A stretch of 64,000 nt of DNA from a virus. The position numbers and the translations under genes were made by a program. The notes under the pieces were generated by a model, which was not told the DNA's origin, ran no database searches, and saw only the letters and a list, made by a program, of their open reading frames with translations. The stretch covers positions 13,942 to 77,941 of IMG/VR virus record IMGVR_UViG_3300021373_003510. The stretch is one strand, 5' to 3'. Below are positions 63,970 to 64,000 of this stretch, one piece after another (positions within the stretch are counted from its first letter, which is position 1; every line of letters starts with the position of its first letter).

Positions 63970-64000
63970 TTACTTTTTTAGTTTATTTTCGAAGTCATCA
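63970..64000 (-). CDS. 3' end of an upstream gene (..DDFENKLKK*); gp55 is possible by synteny but not shown
   Basis: Open frame entering from the window edge; stop overlaps the cysC RBS. Confidence 0.35.
   Translation of the reverse strand, partial: DDFENKLKK

Noticed and set aside
1772-63981. Many 60-240 aa ORFs antisense to or nested in long genes (e.g. 10714-11160 +, 39946-40674 -, 44224-44628 +, 47262-47714 +)
   Set aside because: They shadow well-supported genes, have no recognisable motifs, and are expected from codon bias.
1-64000. tRNA/rRNA genes, integrase or transposase, diversity-generating retroelement
   Set aside because: No cloverleaf, recombinase or reverse transcriptase was recognised; intergenic space is short and largely accounted for.
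1-64000. Firm assignment as a cyanophage
   Set aside because: The riboswitch, YRG peptide and CxRD repeats point that way, but there are no photosynthesis genes in the window, and the ROSE-like leader, cytochrome c and gp42 suggest otherwise. Host left open.

Overview
A 64-kb AT-rich segment of a large T4-like myovirus genome, probably marine or aquatic. The host is not identifiable from this window. Bases 1-40.9k are the tail/baseplate module: a 3753-aa repeat-built fibre-like protein, an S74-chaperone fibre, a DUF4815/VrlC-like protein, gp8, an S8 protease, a gp9/10-like fibre, gp7, gp6, gp25, an M15 peptidase, gp5, a hub protein, a split gp53 and gp48 on the minus strand, then gp4, gp2, gp54, gp26, gp51 and a tape-measure-like gene on the plus strand. 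Bases 40.9k-64k are a minus-strand replication and nucleotide module: Prx5, Hsp20, dUTPase, RegA, gp62/44/45, DexA, a DNA-modification cluster around a gp42-like dCMP hydroxymethylase, a MazG-like pyrophosphatase, cytochrome c, glutaredoxin, gp43, gp46/47, peptide deformylase and an APS-kinase trio. Eight perfect TTGACA-N17-TATAAT promoters and several TATAAATA late promoters are visible. The strongest leads are: (1) about 12 phycobiliprotein-like (CxRD) domains in the giant virion protein; (2) a putative hmC hypermodification pathway including a C5-methyltransferase homologue with degenerate SAM-binding motifs, which shares a clamp-binding-like tail with a glycosyltransferase and the polymerase; (3) an expanded glutamine (glnA-class) riboswitch in front of a YRG-repeat peptide; (4) a candidate -1 frameshift fusing gp26 to gp51 just before the tape-measure gene; (5) a ROSE-like thermometer on Hsp20. 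All family assignments come from motif recognition by eye; no database search was run.
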